DNA of 63,475 nucleotides, counting the filler, from Octopus bimaculoides (lineage: Eukaryota), in assembly GCF_001194135.2 (NCBI RefSeq). It is 7 parts of 7 records of this genome, joined end to end, with 100 filler letters (N's around TTAATTAATTAA, not from the genome) between each part and the next. Parts side by side here need not be neighbours in the genome. Positions count along the whole stretch, not along the records: positions 61,873 to 63,475 come from NC_068988.1; 6 more parts are not named here. One strand, 5' to 3'. This document shows positions 62,845-63,475 of this stretch, piece by piece (within the stretch, counting starts at the first letter, position 1; every line of letters starts with the position of its first letter). The notes below the pieces were generated by a model. That model was given only the letters and a program-made list of their open reading frames with translations, was not told where the DNA came from and made no database searches. A program made the position numbers and the translations under genes.

Positions 62845-63397
62845 CAGATAGATAGATGTATGCATGTACACACACACACACACAAACACACGCGCACACG
62901 CACACGCACGCACACACACACACACACACACATTTCGTTTTTGTATTGGTTTGCAAGATTGTTGATGTGAATTTTATTGTCTTGGGAAGGTCATTGCACC
63001 AATAATAACACACGAACAGGTTCAAACCCACTTCTTTATTATTAGTCAATAGGTTAAGTATCTATCCAACTCTCAAATCGATCATTTGTTTAACATGTTC
63101 GTTAAACAGTCAATTGGTTTAATTGTTTGTCAAAGTTCTTTCATTGCCGGTTGCAAACTTTTCAGAGACTCGCGGTCTGCAGTCCCCCAACTCACTTCGA
63201 TGGTGGCTTAGCTGGCCGAAATTTCGAAGTCACTGTCACTATCAACAACATTCTTGTTTATGAATAATAAAATTGTTCTCTACAAAAATATAGAGTAACC
63301 CATCAGATAAAAGTATAATTGTTTTTATTATAACTGAACATAAAAACAAACATTTATACATACATACATACATATGTATATATACATACATACATAT

Positions 63398-63475
<78 letters not shown>

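Noticed and set aside
63190-63285. Minus-strand exon candidate (TTTTTGTAG acceptor, GTGAGT donor)
   Set aside because: Stops in all three frames and no homology recognised.

Overview
AT-rich, microsatellite-dense animal genomic DNA from a gapped assembly. The SINE families and repeat make-up suggest an octopus (coleoid cephalopod); this is an inference, not a database result. The window is seven pieces joined by an artificial 100-bp spacer (44 N + TTAATTAATTAA + 44 N), so adjacency across those joins is not biological evidence. Only one host coding exon is supported: the first coding exon of a RERG/RASL11/12-like Ras-family GTPase on the minus strand (27640-27778, P-loop GAEGVGKS, GT-GAGT donor). 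Its later exons were not found. The rest is transposon debris: mariner/Tc1 copies (including an Hsmar1-like element nested in an RTE LINE), RTE, Tx1-like, R4/Dong-like and CR1/Jockey-group LINE ends, Penelope-like RT/GIY-YIG remnants, Helitron N-termini with 23-aa repeats, a DINE-1/HINE-like element, piggyBac- and mariner-type MITEs, and many tRNA-derived SINEs. The most interesting structure is a set of head-to-tail SINE arrays joined by (ATT/TAA)n. These spacers also host a Tx1-like LINE end with a similar 3' tail to one SINE form and a HINE, and one array abuts an R4/Dong-like end. This suggests a self-reinforcing, microsatellite-targeted retroposition niche. Most long ORFs in the supplied track are artefacts of N runs or simple repeats.
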